This document shows, one piece after another, positions 9,457 through 20,400 of a DNA stretch of 64,000 bases. The stretch covers positions 465-64,464 of the forward strand of contig JBAXVO010000001.1 in assembly GCA_037129355.1 (NCBI GenBank), read 5' to 3'. Positions within the stretch are counted from its first letter, which is position 1; each line of letters begins with the position of its first letter. The stretch is from Deltaproteobacteria bacterium. Lineage in GTDB: Bacteria > Myxococcota > Myxococcia > Myxococcales > Anaeromyxobacteraceae. The position numbers and the translations under genes are program-made. A model generated the notes under the pieces. That model saw nothing but the letters and a program-made list of their open reading frames with translations, made no database searches and was not told the origin of the DNA.

Positions 9457-10833
9457 ATGCTCGCCCTCCTCGCCACCCTCGCCGTCGCGGCAGCCGCGCC
9501 GGTGCCCCTCGCGTCCGACCCCGCCGTCGTCCGGTACGTGGAGGAGGCCCTCCGGAACAGCCCGGAGATCGCCCGCGCCGAGGCCCTCGCCCGGGCCGAG
9601 TCGAGCCGGGCCCCCCAGGCCGGCTCGCTCCCCGATCCCACCCTGACGCTCGGCATCCAGAACGACGGCTTCAACGGGATCCAGATCGGCACGATGGAGA
9701 CCTCGTACTGGCAGGTGATGCTGACCCAGCCGGTGCCCTGGCCCGGGAAGCTCTCGGCCCGCGAGGCCGCGGCCCGGGCCCAGGCCGGTGTCGCCGGTGC
9801 CGAGGCGGCGCGGCTGCGGCTCGCCACCACCGCCGACGTGGAGCGGACGTACGTCGACCTGCTGGTCGCCCGGGGGCAGCTCGGCCTGCTCGCCAAGCTC
9901 GAGGCGCTCTGGGGGGAGGCGGAGGCGATGGCGCGCACCCGCTACGAGGTGGGGCAGGGGGCGCAGTCCGACCTGCTGCGGGCCCAGCTCGAGCGGACGC
10001 GGCTCCAGCAGCGCCGGGTGGCGCTCACCGGGGAGGAGCGGACCCGGGTCCAGTCGCTCAACCGGCTCCGCGTCCACCCGCTCGACGAGCCGGTGCCCAC
10101 GCCGCTCCCGCTCGCCGCCTTCTCCGACCCGATCCAGGCGACCCTCGACGAGGCGATGGCCGACGCCGAGCGGCGCAGCCCCGACCTGGCCATCGCCGCG
10201 CTGGCCATCGTGGCCGCCGACCGGCGCGTCGACTCGGCCCGCAGGGACTGGTTCCCCGACTTCGCCCTCACCGCCGGCGTGATGCCGCGCGGGCAGATCG
10301 AGCCCATGTGGACGGTGCAGCTGGGGATCACGCTCCCGGTCTGGGGCGCGAGCAAGCAGGCCCGGGGCGTCGAGGAGAGCCTGAGCCGGCGCGAGGCCGA
10401 CCTCCGCGGGGAGGAGGCGGTGCGCCAGCTCCTCCAGCTGCGCGTGCAGGAGCGCCAGGCGGTGCTCGGCGCCGCGCTGCGGACCCTCGAGATCTACCGG
10501 GGCGGCATCCTGGTCCAGTCGGACGCGGCGGTCCGGTCCACGCTCGCCCAGTACCAGGTCGGCAAGGTGACCTTCCCGTCGGTGCTCGAGGTGCTGCGCG
10601 GCCTGGTGGCCGACGAGGGCGGGTACCTGGACGCGCTGGCGGCGGCGCAGCGGCTGGCCATCGCCGACCGCGAGGTGAGCCTGGCCCCGCCCGACGGCCC
10701 GGCGAGCGGGGGTCCGGGCGGCTCGATGCCGGGCGTCGCCACCATGTCCACCGGCGGGCGTCCCGGCGGGGCGTCCGGTTCCCCCCAGCCCGCCGCCGTC
10801 CCCGCCGCCACCGGCACCCCTTCCGGCATGTGA
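9457..10833 (+). CDS. cusC: outer-membrane efflux protein, CusC/CzcC (TolC) family
   Basis: Signal peptide MLALLATLAVAAAAP from ATG 9457. Tandem OEP repeats. First gene of a three-gene heavy-metal RND operon. Confidence 0.85.
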   Translation: MLALLATLAVAAAAPVPLASDPAVVRYVEEALRNSPEIARAEALARAESSRAPQAGSLPDPTLTLGIQNDGFNGIQIGTMETSYWQVMLTQPVPWPGKLSAREAAARAQAGVAGAEAARLRLATTADVERTYVDLLVARGQLGLLAKLEALWGEAEAMARTRYEVGQGAQSDLLRAQLERTRLQQRRVALTGEERTRVQSLNRLRVHPLDEPVPTPLPLAAFSDPIQATLDEAMADAERRSPDLAIAALAIVAADRRVDSARRDWFPDFALTAGVMPRGQIEPMWTVQLGITLPVWGASKQARGVEESLSRREADLRGEEAVRQLLQLRVQERQAVLGAALRTLEIYRGGILVQSDAAVRSTLAQYQVGKVTFPSVLEVLRGLVADEGGYLDALAAAQRLAIADREVSLAPPDGPASGGPGGSMPGVATMSTGGRPGGASGSPQPAAVPAATGTPSGM

Positions 10834-10844
10834 CTCCCAGGAGA

Positions 10845-12152
10845 ATGACGATGAGTGAAACGAACGCGCCCCTGCCCCCCCGCCGCTTCGGCGCGGGGGC
10901 GCTCCTCCTGGTCCTCGCGCTGGGGGTCGCCGCCGGCGCCGGCGCGGCCTGGTTCCTGCGGGGCCCGGCCCCCGCCTCCGGCGGGGCGGCGCCCGCCGCC
11001 GAGGCGGCCACCCGCTTCACCTGCCCCATGCACCCGACCATCGTGTCGGACCACCCGGGCGACTGCCCCATCTGCGGCATGGCGCTCGTGAAGGTGGAGC
11101 CCGGGTCCCCCGGGGGGCACGCACCCGGCGACGGCGCCGTGGAGGGGATGGCGACGGTCACCATCGACCCGCAGCGGCAGCAGCTCATCGGCCTGCGCAC
11201 CGTCGAGGCGACCCGCGGCCCGGTGGGCGACAGCTGGCGCACCGTGGGCAAGGTGGCGGTGGACGAGACCAACGTCCACCACGTGAACATCAAGGTGGGG
11301 GGCTTCGTCGACACCGTCTACGTCGACTACGTGGGCCGGCCGGTGAAGCGCGGCGAGCGGCTCTTCACCATCTACAGCCCGGACCTCCTCTCGGTGCAGC
11401 AGGAGTACCTGCTCGCCCTGCGGACCCGGAAGGCGCTGGCCGAGGGGGGCGTGGCCACCGGCGCCGGAAACGACCTGGTCGACTCGGCCCGCGAGCGGCT
11501 GCGCCTCTGGGACATCCCAGAGGGGGAGGTGGAGCGGCTGGAGCGGACCGGCAAGACCACCAAGAACCTGACCCTGTACTCGCCGATGACCGGCGTGGTG
11601 ACGAAGAAGGACATCGTCATGGGGCACCGGCTCAACGAGGGGGACATGCCCTACGAGATCACCGACCTCTCCCGGGTCTGGGTGCTCGCCGACGCCTACG
11701 AGACCGACCTCTCCCGCATCCGGCTGGGGATGCCGGCCACGCTCTCGCTGCAGGCGTTCCCCGGCCAGGCCTTCCACGGGAAGGTCATCTTCATCGACCC
11801 CATCCTCGACGCGAAGACCCGCACCGCCAAGGTGCGGCTCGAGTTCGCGAACCCCCGCGGCGAGCTCCGGCCGGAGATGTTCGGCGAGGTGACGCTCCGC
11901 TCCGAGAAGCGGGAGGGGCTGCGCATCCCCGCCGACGCCATCATCGACTCCGGGTCGAAGAAGGTGGTCTTCGTCGCGCTGGGGGAGGGGAAGCTCCAGC
12001 CGCGCGAGGTCCAGGTGGGGCCGGTGACCGGCGACGTGGTGGAGGTGCTCTCGGGCCTCGAGGCCGGCGAGCGGGTGGTCACCCGGGCCAACTTCCTCGT
12101 CGACTCGGAGTCGCGCCTGCGCGCCTCGCTCGCGGCGATGGGGGGGAAGTAG
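10845..12152 (+). CDS. cusB: Cu(I)/Ag(I) efflux RND periplasmic adaptor, CusB family, with N-terminal heavy-metal-binding domain
   Basis: Real part of chimeric ORF 9429..12152. MTMSETN start (ATG 10845 or 10851, GGAGA upstream). CPMHP...CPICGM metal-binding motif. HlyD/MFP barrel-sandwich sequence. Confidence 0.88.
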   Translation: MTMSETNAPLPPRRFGAGALLLVLALGVAAGAGAAWFLRGPAPASGGAAPAAEAATRFTCPMHPTIVSDHPGDCPICGMALVKVEPGSPGGHAPGDGAVEGMATVTIDPQRQQLIGLRTVEATRGPVGDSWRTVGKVAVDETNVHHVNIKVGGFVDTVYVDYVGRPVKRGERLFTIYSPDLLSVQQEYLLALRTRKALAEGGVATGAGNDLVDSARERLRLWDIPEGEVERLERTGKTTKNLTLYSPMTGVVTKKDIVMGHRLNEGDMPYEITDLSRVWVLADAYETDLSRIRLGMPATLSLQAFPGQAFHGKVIFIDPILDAKTRTAKVRLEFANPRGELRPEMFGEVTLRSEKREGLRIPADAIIDSGSKKVVFVALGEGKLQPREVQVGPVTGDVVEVLSGLEAGERVVTRANFLVDSESRLRASLAAMGGK

Positions 12153-12154
12153 CG

Positions 12155-15100
12155 ATGATCCGGAGGATCATCCGCTTCTCCGCCGAGAACCGGCTGCTCG
12201 TCATCGCCGCCACGCTGGTGCTGCTCGCCCTCAGCGTCCAGGCGATGCGGAACATCCCGCTCGACGCCCTGCCCGACCTCTCCGACACCCAGGTCATCGT
12301 CTACTCGCGGTGGGACCGCAGCCCGGACATCATCGAGGACCAGGTCACCTACCCCATCACCACCGCGCTCCTCGGCGCCCCCAGGGTGAAGGCGATCCGC
12401 GGCTTCTCCGACTTCGGGTTCAGCTACGTCTACGTGATCTTCGAGGACGGGACCGACCCGTACTGGGCCCGGACCCGCGTGCTCGAGTACCTGTCCAAGA
12501 TCACCGGGACGCTGCCGGCGGGGGTGAAGACCGAGCTCGGTCCCGATGCCACCAGCGTGGGCTGGGTCTTCCAGTACGCGCTGGTGGACCGGAGCGGGAA
12601 GCAGAGCTCCGACGAGCTGCGCTCCTACCAGGACTGGTTCCTCCGCTACGCCATCCAGTCCGTCCCGGGCGTCTCGGAGGTCGCCACCGTGGGCGGCCAG
12701 GTCCGCCAGTACCAGATCACCGTCAACCCCACCCAGCTCGCCGCCTACAAGCTCCCGCTGGAGGCCGTGATCAGCGCGGTGCGGCGGGGAAACAACGACG
12801 TGGGCGGGCGGCTCGTCGAGCTCTCGGGGCGCGAGTACATGGTCCGCGGCCGCGGCTACGTGAAGTCGATCGCCGACCTCGAGAAGATCGTCCTCAAGGC
12901 CGAGGGGGGCACGCCCATCCAGGTGAAGGACGTGGCCAAGGTGGCGCTCGGGCCGGAGATGCGCCGCGGCGTCGCCGACATGGACGGGCAGGGGGACGTG
13001 GTGGGCGGCATCGTGGTGATGCGCCAGGGGGAGAACGCGCTCCACGTCATCGAGCGGGTGAAGGCCAAGCTGGAGGAGCTCCGGCCCTCGCTGCCCGAGG
13101 GGGTCGAGGTGGTCACCACCTACGATCGCTCCGACCTCATCGCCCAGGCCATCGGCACGGTGAAGCACAAGCTCGTCGAGGAGATCGTGATCGTCTCGAT
13201 CGTGATCCTGATCTTCCTCTGGCACCTGCCCTCGGCCATCGTCCCCATCGTCACCATCCCGGTGTCGGTCGCGCTGGCCTTCCTCCCCCTGTACCTCATG
13301 GGGATGGGGGCGAACCTCATGTCCCTCGCCGGCATCGCCATCTCCATCGGCGTGCTGGTCGACGGCGCCATCGTCGAGGTGGAGAACGCCTACAACAAGA
13401 TCCACCTCTGGCAGAAGGACGGCTCGAAGGGGAGCTTCCACCAGGTCCGGCTCGAGGCGCTGCTGGAGGTGGGGCCGTCGGTCTTCTTCTCGCTGCTCGT
13501 CATCGCCGTGGCCTTCCTGCCGGTCTTCACGCTGGTCGACCAGGAGGGGCGGCTCTTCCGGCCGCTCGCCATCTCCAAGAACCTGACCATGGCCATCGCC
13601 GCGGTCCTGGCGGTGACGCTCGACCCGGCCATGCGCATGCTCTTCGCCCGCATCGAGCCCTACCGGTTCAAGCCGAAGGCGCTCGCCTGGCTCGCCACCC
13701 AGGCGGTGGTGGGCCGGTACCACTCGGAGGAGAGCCACCCCATCAGCCGGGTCCTCCACCGGCTCTACGAGCGCCCCTGCCGCCTCGTGCTCCGCCACCC
13801 CCGCGCGGCCATCGCGACGAGCCTCCTCCTCGTCGCCGCCACCGTGCCCGTCTACCTCCGCCTGGGATCCGAGTTCATGCCGCCCCTGAACGAGGGGACC
13901 ATCCTCTACATGCCCTCGGCCGTGCAGCCCGGCATGTCGGTGGCCGAGGCCCAGTCGGCGCTGCAGGTGCAGGACAAGATCCTCCGCACCTTCCCCGAGG
14001 TGAAGAGCGTCTTCGGCAAGGCCGGGCGCGCCAACACCTCCACCGACCCGGCCCCCTTCTCGATGATGGAGACCACGGTGGTGCTGAAGCCCGAGGCGGA
14101 GTGGCGGGAGAAGCCGCGCTGGTTCTCGGCCTGGGCCCCGGAGTGGCTGAAGGCGCCGCTCCGCTCCTTCTGGCGGGACCGGATCACCGAGGAGGAGCTG
14201 AAGACCGAGATGGACGCCGCGCTCCAGCTCCCCGGCATCTCCAACGCCTGGACCATGCCCATCAAGGGGCGGCTCGACATGCTCTCCACCGGAATCCGCA
14301 CCCCGGTGGGGATCAAGATCTCGGGGGCGAAGCTGCCGGAGATCGAGCGCATCGCGCTCGAGACCGAGGCGGCGCTCCGCAAGCTCCCCGAGACCCGCAG
14401 CGTCTTCGCCGAGCGGGTCGCCGGCGGCTTCTTCCTCGACTTCGTGCTGAAGCGGGACCAGCTGGCCCGCTACGGCCTCTCCATCGACGACGCCAACATC
14501 ATGGTGATGACCGCCGTGGGGGGCGACGAGCAGGGCGTGACCGTGGAGGGGCGGGAGCGCTACTCGATCAACGTCCGCTATGCGCGCGACTACCGCGACG
14601 ACCTCGACGCCCTGAAGCGGGTGCTTCTGCCGCTGCCGCAGGGAGGGCAGATCCCCATGCAGGAGATCGCCGACGTGCTGCTCGTCTCCGGGCCGTCGAT
14701 GATCCGCAACGAGAACGGGATGCTGGCCGGCTACGTCTACGTCGACTTCGACACCTCCAGGACCGACATCGGCGGCTACGTGGACGCGGCCAAGAAGGCG
14801 GTGGCCGCGGCGGTGAAGGTGCCCACCGGCTACTCGCTCTCCTGGAGCGGCCAGTACGAGAACATGCTCCGGGTGCGGGAGCGGCTGAAGGTCGTGCTGC
14901 CCGTCACCCTGATCCTCATCTTCGCGCTGCTCCTCATGAACACCCGGTCGGCGGTGAAGGCGAGCATCGTCATGCTGGCGGTGCCCTTCTCGGCCATCGG
15001 CGCGGTCTGGCTCATGTTCGCGCTCGGCTACAACGTGTCGATCGCCGCCTGGGTGGGGATGATCGCGCTCATGGGGCTCGACGCCGAGACCGGGGTGTTC

Positions 15101-15430
15101 ATGCTCCTCTTCCTCGACCTGTCGCTCGACGAGGCCAGCAAGCGCGGGATGCTCCACACCCGCGGCGACCTGGTGGAGGCCATCGTGCACGGCGCGGTGA
15201 AGCGGCTCCGCCCCAAGGCCATGACGGTGGCGGCCGCCTTCATGGGGCTGCTCCCCATCATGTGGTCCACCGGGACCGGCGCCGACGTCATGAAGCGCAT
15301 CGCCGCGCCCATGGTGGGCGGCCTGGTGACGTCTTTCGTGCTGGAGCTGCTCGTCTACCCGGCGGTCTACCTGCTCTGGAAGGGGCGGGGGTTGCCGGAG
15401 GGGGGCATGACGGCGCCGGCTGCGCAGTAG
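12155..15430 (+). CDS. cusA: CusA/CzcA-family heavy-metal efflux RND permease
   Basis: 1091-aa 12-TM RND protein. N-terminus is near-collinear with E. coli CusA (ALPDLSDTQVIV..., YVYVIFEDGTDPYWARTRVLEYL). Confidence 0.95.
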   Translation: MIRRIIRFSAENRLLVIAATLVLLALSVQAMRNIPLDALPDLSDTQVIVYSRWDRSPDIIEDQVTYPITTALLGAPRVKAIRGFSDFGFSYVYVIFEDGTDPYWARTRVLEYLSKITGTLPAGVKTELGPDATSVGWVFQYALVDRSGKQSSDELRSYQDWFLRYAIQSVPGVSEVATVGGQVRQYQITVNPTQLAAYKLPLEAVISAVRRGNNDVGGRLVELSGREYMVRGRGYVKSIADLEKIVLKAEGGTPIQVKDVAKVALGPEMRRGVADMDGQGDVVGGIVVMRQGENALHVIERVKAKLEELRPSLPEGVEVVTTYDRSDLIAQAIGTVKHKLVEEIVIVSIVILIFLWHLPSAIVPIVTIPVSVALAFLPLYLMGMGANLMSLAGIAISIGVLVDGAIVEVENAYNKIHLWQKDGSKGSFHQVRLEALLEVGPSVFFSLLVIAVAFLPVFTLVDQEGRLFRPLAISKNLTMAIAAVLAVTLDPAMRMLFARIEPYRFKPKALAWLATQAVVGRYHSEESHPISRVLHRLYERPCRLVLRHPRAAIATSLLLVAATVPVYLRLGSEFMPPLNEGTILYMPSAVQPGMSVAEAQSALQVQDKILRTFPEVKSVFGKAGRANTSTDPAPFSMMETTVVLKPEAEWREKPRWFSAWAPEWLKAPLRSFWRDRITEEELKTEMDAALQLPGISNAWTMPIKGRLDMLSTGIRTPVGIKISGAKLPEIERIALETEAALRKLPETRSVFAERVAGGFFLDFVLKRDQLARYGLSIDDANIMVMTAVGGDEQGVTVEGRERYSINVRYARDYRDDLDALKRVLLPLPQGGQIPMQEIADVLLVSGPSMIRNENGMLAGYVYVDFDTSRTDIGGYVDAAKKAVAAAVKVPTGYSLSWSGQYENMLRVRERLKVVLPVTLILIFALLLMNTRSAVKASIVMLAVPFSAIGAVWLMFALGYNVSIAAWVGMIALMGLDAETGVFMLLFLDLSLDEASKRGMLHTRGDLVEAIVHGAVKRLRPKAMTVAAAFMGLLPIMWSTGTGADVMKRIAAPMVGGLVTSFVLELLVYPAVYLLWKGRGLPEGGMTAPAAQ

Positions 15431-15495
15431 GCGGGTCCGGCTCACGGCGCCCTTCCCGGCTCCTGCTGCGCCGGGGGCGCTGATAGAGTCCCCGC

Positions 15496-16329
15496 ATGCG
15501 CCGCAACGTGAAGGGCGACGAGGTCGCCCGCGAGCTCCTCCCCGGCAGCTCGAAGGCCCTCCTCCAGGAGCTTCATCTCCTCACCCGCGAGGGGAACCTG
15601 AACGCCGACAGCCTGCGGAAGCTGAAGCAGGTGAACCACCTGGTCCGGCTGCTCGCGCCGGCCCTCGACGACGTCCTGGGCCGCTTCGGCGACCCGGTGG
15701 TGGTCGACTGCGGGTCGGGCAAGGGCTACCTGGGTTTCATCCTGTACGAGCTCTGCGTGGGTCCGGCCGGGAAGGGCACGCTCCTCGGCATCGAGTCCAG
15801 GCCCGAGCTGGCCAAGGCCGCGGCCGAGCGGGCCACCCGCCTCGGCTACGATCGCATGCGCTTCCTGGCCGCCGAGGTGGCCGGCGCGCCCGTTCCACCT
15901 CGGGTGAATCTGGTCACCGCCCTCCACGCCTGCGACACCGCCACCGACGACGCCATCGTCCTGGCCGCCCGGCACGACGCCGACCACGTGGCCGTGGTCC
16001 CCTGCTGCCAGGCCGAGGTGGCCCGGCAGCTCGCCGCCGGGAACGGCACCGACCCGGCCCTGGGCGAGATGCACCACCACCCCTGGCACCGGCGCGAGCT
16101 GGGCTCCCACCTCACCAACGTGATCCGGGCGCTGGCCCTCGAGGCGCTCGGCTACCAGGTCACCGTCACCGAGCTCGCCGGCTGGGAGCACTCCCTCAAG
16201 AACGAGCTCATCCTGGGCCGCAAGATCCGGGGAGAGTCCCGCCCGGCCAGGGCCCGGCTCGAGTCCCTCCTCGCCGCGGCGGGGGTGCGCCCGAAGCTGG
16301 TGCGCGAGCTCTGGGGACCCGCCGTGTGA
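15496..16329 (+). CDS. class I SAM-dependent methyltransferase
   Basis: SAM-binding motif I VVDCGSGKGYLG. 277 aa with normal composition. Confidence 0.75.
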   Translation: MRRNVKGDEVARELLPGSSKALLQELHLLTREGNLNADSLRKLKQVNHLVRLLAPALDDVLGRFGDPVVVDCGSGKGYLGFILYELCVGPAGKGTLLGIESRPELAKAAAERATRLGYDRMRFLAAEVAGAPVPPRVNLVTALHACDTATDDAIVLAARHDADHVAVVPCCQAEVARQLAAGNGTDPALGEMHHHPWHRRELGSHLTNVIRALALEALGYQVTVTELAGWEHSLKNELILGRKIRGESRPARARLESLLAAAGVRPKLVRELWGPAV

Positions 16330-16392
16330 AGAAGCGTTGCCCGGGCCCGGGCATCCTTGTCTTTCCCAGGACGGGCGGCTATTCCTGCCCGC

Positions 16393-17484
16393 ATGCCCGT
16401 CCCGCAACGGGTGGCGCGCTCCGTCGCCGCCGCCCTGCTCGTTTCCATCGCCGCCTGCAAGGGAGGGTCGTCCGCCCCGCGCCAGCGTCCGCCTCCCGGG
16501 GTCACCGTCGCTCCGGTGGAGGTCCGCGACGTGCAGGTGGAGATCCGGGCCCCGGTCGATCTCCGTCCGCTCTTCCAGGCCGACGTCGGGTCCAAGACGC
16601 TCGGCTACCTCGACGCCGTGCTGGTGGACCGTGGCGACGTCGTCAGGAAGGGACAGCTCCTCGCCGTGGTCCGTCCGTCCGATCTCCCCGACCAGATGGA
16701 GTCGGCCCGGGTGGCCTTCGACCTGGCCAAGGCCAACAAGGCCCGGGCCGAGGCGCTCGCCCCCTCGGGCGTGGTGTCGCAGCAGGAGCTGCAGAACGCC
16801 CAGAGCGCCTACGCCTCCAGCCAGGCCAGCCTCCAGGCGGTCTCCACCCGGCTCGGCGAGACCAAGATCGAGTCCCCCATCGACGGCGTCGTCTCCCAGC
16901 GCCGCCTCGACCCGGGCGCCCTGGTGGGCCCGACCGCCGGCAACGGCAACATCCTCACCGTCCAGCGCAACGACGTCCTCCGGGTCTTCGTCCCGGTGAA
17001 CGAGAAGGACGCGACCTCCGTCCGCCTGGGACAGGCCGCCAGCGCCGAGTTCGACGCGCTGCCCGGCAAGCGCTACACCGGCAAGGTGGTGCGCCTCTCA
17101 CCGGCCTTCGACCCGGTGGCCCGCACCGTCGACGCCGAGGTCCACCTGGTGAACCCCGGGGAGCTCCGTCCGGGGATGTACGGGCGGGGCACGCTGGTCA
17201 CGGCCGTGCGCCCCGGCGCGGTGGTGGTCCCGGTGGGCGCCGTCCAGATCTCCGACGGTCGCTACTACGCCTTCCTGATCCAGGGCGACAAGGTGAAGCG
17301 CGTCGAGGTGAAGATCGGCGTCGACGGCGGGAACTGGTTCGAGATCGCCGACGGGCTGAAGGCAGGCGACGAGGTCGTCACCGCCGGCACCGACACCCTC
17401 GCCGACGGGGCGGCCGTCCGTCCGGTGCGCGGCATCGACCCCTTCACCGGCAAGCCGGTGCCGGCCGCCAGCGCGGGGAAGTGA
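16393..17484 (+). CDS. efflux RND periplasmic adaptor (MFP/HlyD family) lipoprotein
   Basis: ATG 16393 gives the lipobox LLVSIAAC. Typical MFP sequence (coiled-coil hairpin, beta-barrel). Confidence 0.88.
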   Translation: MPVPQRVARSVAAALLVSIAACKGGSSAPRQRPPPGVTVAPVEVRDVQVEIRAPVDLRPLFQADVGSKTLGYLDAVLVDRGDVVRKGQLLAVVRPSDLPDQMESARVAFDLAKANKARAEALAPSGVVSQQELQNAQSAYASSQASLQAVSTRLGETKIESPIDGVVSQRRLDPGALVGPTAGNGNILTVQRNDVLRVFVPVNEKDATSVRLGQAASAEFDALPGKRYTGKVVRLSPAFDPVARTVDAEVHLVNPGELRPGMYGRGTLVTAVRPGAVVVPVGAVQISDGRYYAFLIQGDKVKRVEVKIGVDGGNWFEIADGLKAGDEVVTAGTDTLADGAAVRPVRGIDPFTGKPVPAASAGK

Positions 17485-17488
17485 AGCC

Positions 17489-20400
17489 ATGTGGCTGACA
17501 CGGCTCGCGCTCCGCAACCCCATCTTCATCCTGATGATGTCGCTCATGACCCTCGCCCTCGGGTGGGTGGCGCTGACGCGGCTGCCGGTCGACCTCTTCC
17601 CCAACATCGACATCCCGCAGATCCAGGTGGCCACCTTCTACACGGGCGCCGGCCCGGGCGACGTGGAGAAGTCCATCACCGTCCCCATCGAGCGCGCCGT
17701 CTCGGCCGCGCCGGGCGTGGACCGGGTGGAGAGCGTCTCCAAGCAGGGATTCTCGGCGGTGACGGTGTGGTTCCAGTACGGCGTCAACCTCGACAATGCC
17801 CAGTTCGAGGTGCAGCAGCGGGTGGCGCAGATCCTGAACACGCTCCCCCCCGGCATCGACCAGCCCTTCATCGTCAAGTTCGACGTCTCCAACATCCCGG
17901 TGGCCTTCGTCTCCATGAGCGCCGAGGGGCTCGACGAGCGGGAGCTCTACGACCTCGGCTACAACGTGGTCGAGCCGCAGCTCGAGCGCATCAAGGGCGT
18001 GGCCAGCGCCCCCATCGGCGGCGGCAAGGTGCGCGAGATCCAGGTGCTGCTCGCCAACGACGCGCTGCGCTCCCGCGGGCTCACCGTGCTCGACGTGGTG
18101 AACACGGTCCGCGCCTCCAACCTCCTCCTCCCCAGCGGGACGCTCCGGGCCGGCGACCGGGACTACAACGTCTTCTCCAACACCCAGATCGGCGCGGCCC
18201 GGCCGCTGCGCGACGTGGTGGTCCGCCCGGCCGGGCGGGGCGCCGGCAACGACCGGGTGGCTCCGGTGCGCATCTCCGACGTGGCCCAGGTGGTCGACGG
18301 CACCGCCGACCAGACCGAGATCGCGCGCGTGAACGGATCGCGCGGCGTCTACTTCCGCGTCCAGAAGCAGCCCGGCGCCAACACCGTCGACGTGGTCGAC
18401 CAGCTCCGCAAGACCCTGCCCACCCTGCGCGGCATCCCGCCCAGCGTGCAGCTCACCGTCTCCTTCGACCAGTCGGCCTACATCCGGGCCGCCATCTCCT
18501 CGCTCGAGCACGAGGCGCTGTGGGGGAGCGGGCTCGCCATCCTGGTCATCCTGGTCTTCCTGGCCAGCTGGTCGGCCACCGGGATCATCGCCGTGGCCAT
18601 CCCGCTCTCCATCGTGGCCACCTTCGTGCTCCTCTACTTCTCCGGCCAGACGCTCAACGTCTTCACCCTGGGTGGCCTGGCGCTGGGCGTGGGGCGGCTC
18701 GTCGACGACTCGATCGTGGAGCTGGAGAACATCCACCGACACCTGCAGATGGGGGGCGACCGGACCAGCGCCGTGCTCGCCGCGGCGCAGGAGGTGGCGA
18801 TGCCCATCTTCGTCTCCACCATCACCACCATCGTGGTCTTCTTCCCGGTGGTCTTCCTCACCGGCGTGGCCCGCAACCTCTTCATCCCGCTGGCGCTCAC
18901 CATCGCCTTCTCGCTGATGATGAGCTTCCTCGTCTCCCGGACGGTGACCCCCATCCTCTGCCTCAAGTACCTGGACCGGGGCGGCCACCGCATGGGCGAG
19001 GAGGGCTTCGCCCGCCGCATCACCCGGCAGCTCAACCGGATGGACGAGGCCTACGCCCGCTCGCTGCGCTGGGTGCTCGCCAACCGGGGCAAGGTCGTCG
19101 TCTCCATCCTGGTCTTCTTCGTGGCCTCCATGAGCCTGGTGACCCGGGTCGGGACCGAGTTCTTCCCGCCCAGCGACGAGAGCCAGATCCGGATCAACTT
19201 CAAGGGGCCGGTGGGGACCCGGGTGGAGCGGACCGAGGACGTGACCCGGCGCATCGAGCAGGCCATCCGGGACTCGCTCGCGCCGCTCAAGGCCGACGAC
19301 GGCGGCCCGATCGCGAGCACGGTCATCTCCACGGTGGGGTTGCCGCAGGGGCGCGGCGCGCTCTTCAGCGGCAACACCGGCCCCCACGCCGGCCAGGTGC
19401 AGACCTACCTCGTCCCCCACACCCGGCGCTCCGTGACCGACGAGGAGGCCGCCGACAAGGTGCGCGTCGCCCTGCGCGACGCCATCCCGGGGGTGCAGAC
19501 CTACTTCTTCGTGGGCGGCATCGTGAAGCGGATCCTCAACTTCGGGGCCGCGGCCCCCATCGACATCGAGATCGTGGGGTACGACCTCGAGGAGGGGAGC
19601 GCCTACGCGAAGCGGCTCCTGCCCCGCCTGCGCGCGCTGGCCACCCCCGATGGGCGCAACCTGCTCACCGACCTCCAGGTCTCCCGCGAGGAGAACTACC
19701 CGCAGCTCGACGTGGTGGTGGACCGCGAGAAGGCCGGCATGCTCGGCGTCAGCGAGCAACAGGTGGCGCAGACGGTGCTCGCCAGCCTGGTGGGGAACAC
19801 CCAGTTCTCGCCGGTTCCCTTCACCGATCCCAAGACCGGGAACCAGTACTTCATCAACGTCCGGCTCTCCGACGACGGGCGCAACGAGGTGGCCGACCTG
19901 AAGGACGTGCTGGTGAAGGCCGCCGACGGCACGGTGCTCCCGCTCGCCAACGTGGCCCAGGTGAAGCGGTCGGCCGGCCCGGTCCAGGTGAACCGGAAGT
20001 ACCTGCAGCGCGTGGTCGACGTCACCGCCAACACCGGCCCCGGCGTGGACCTGGGCGCGGCCAGCGCGGCGGTGGAGCGGGTGCTCGACGAGGTCCCGCC
20101 GCCCGAGGGCTTCTCGGTGCAGCTCTCCGGCCAGACCCAGGCGCAGCGCGAGGCCTTCGGGAGCCTGCGCTTCGCGGCCCTCATGGCGCTCGCGCTCGTC
20201 TACATGATCCTCGCCTCGCAGTTCAAGTCGCTGCTCGACCCGCTCGTCATCATGTTCTCCGTTCCCCTCGGGGTGAGCGGCGTGTTCATCGCCCTCTGGC
20301 TGACCGGCACCACGCTCAACGTGAACAGCTTCATGGGCATCATCATGATGGTGGGCATCGTGGTGTCGAACGGCGTGCTCCTCGTCGACTTCGCCCGGGT

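Noticed and set aside
11696-15445. 1249-aa ORF antisense to cusA, plus many similar long ORFs (e.g. 1085..3238, 3726..6464, 17444..19759, 44865..47549)
   Set aside because: These are antisense or out-of-frame shadows of strongly supported genes. Their translations are H/R/G/D/P-rich with no recognisable motifs.
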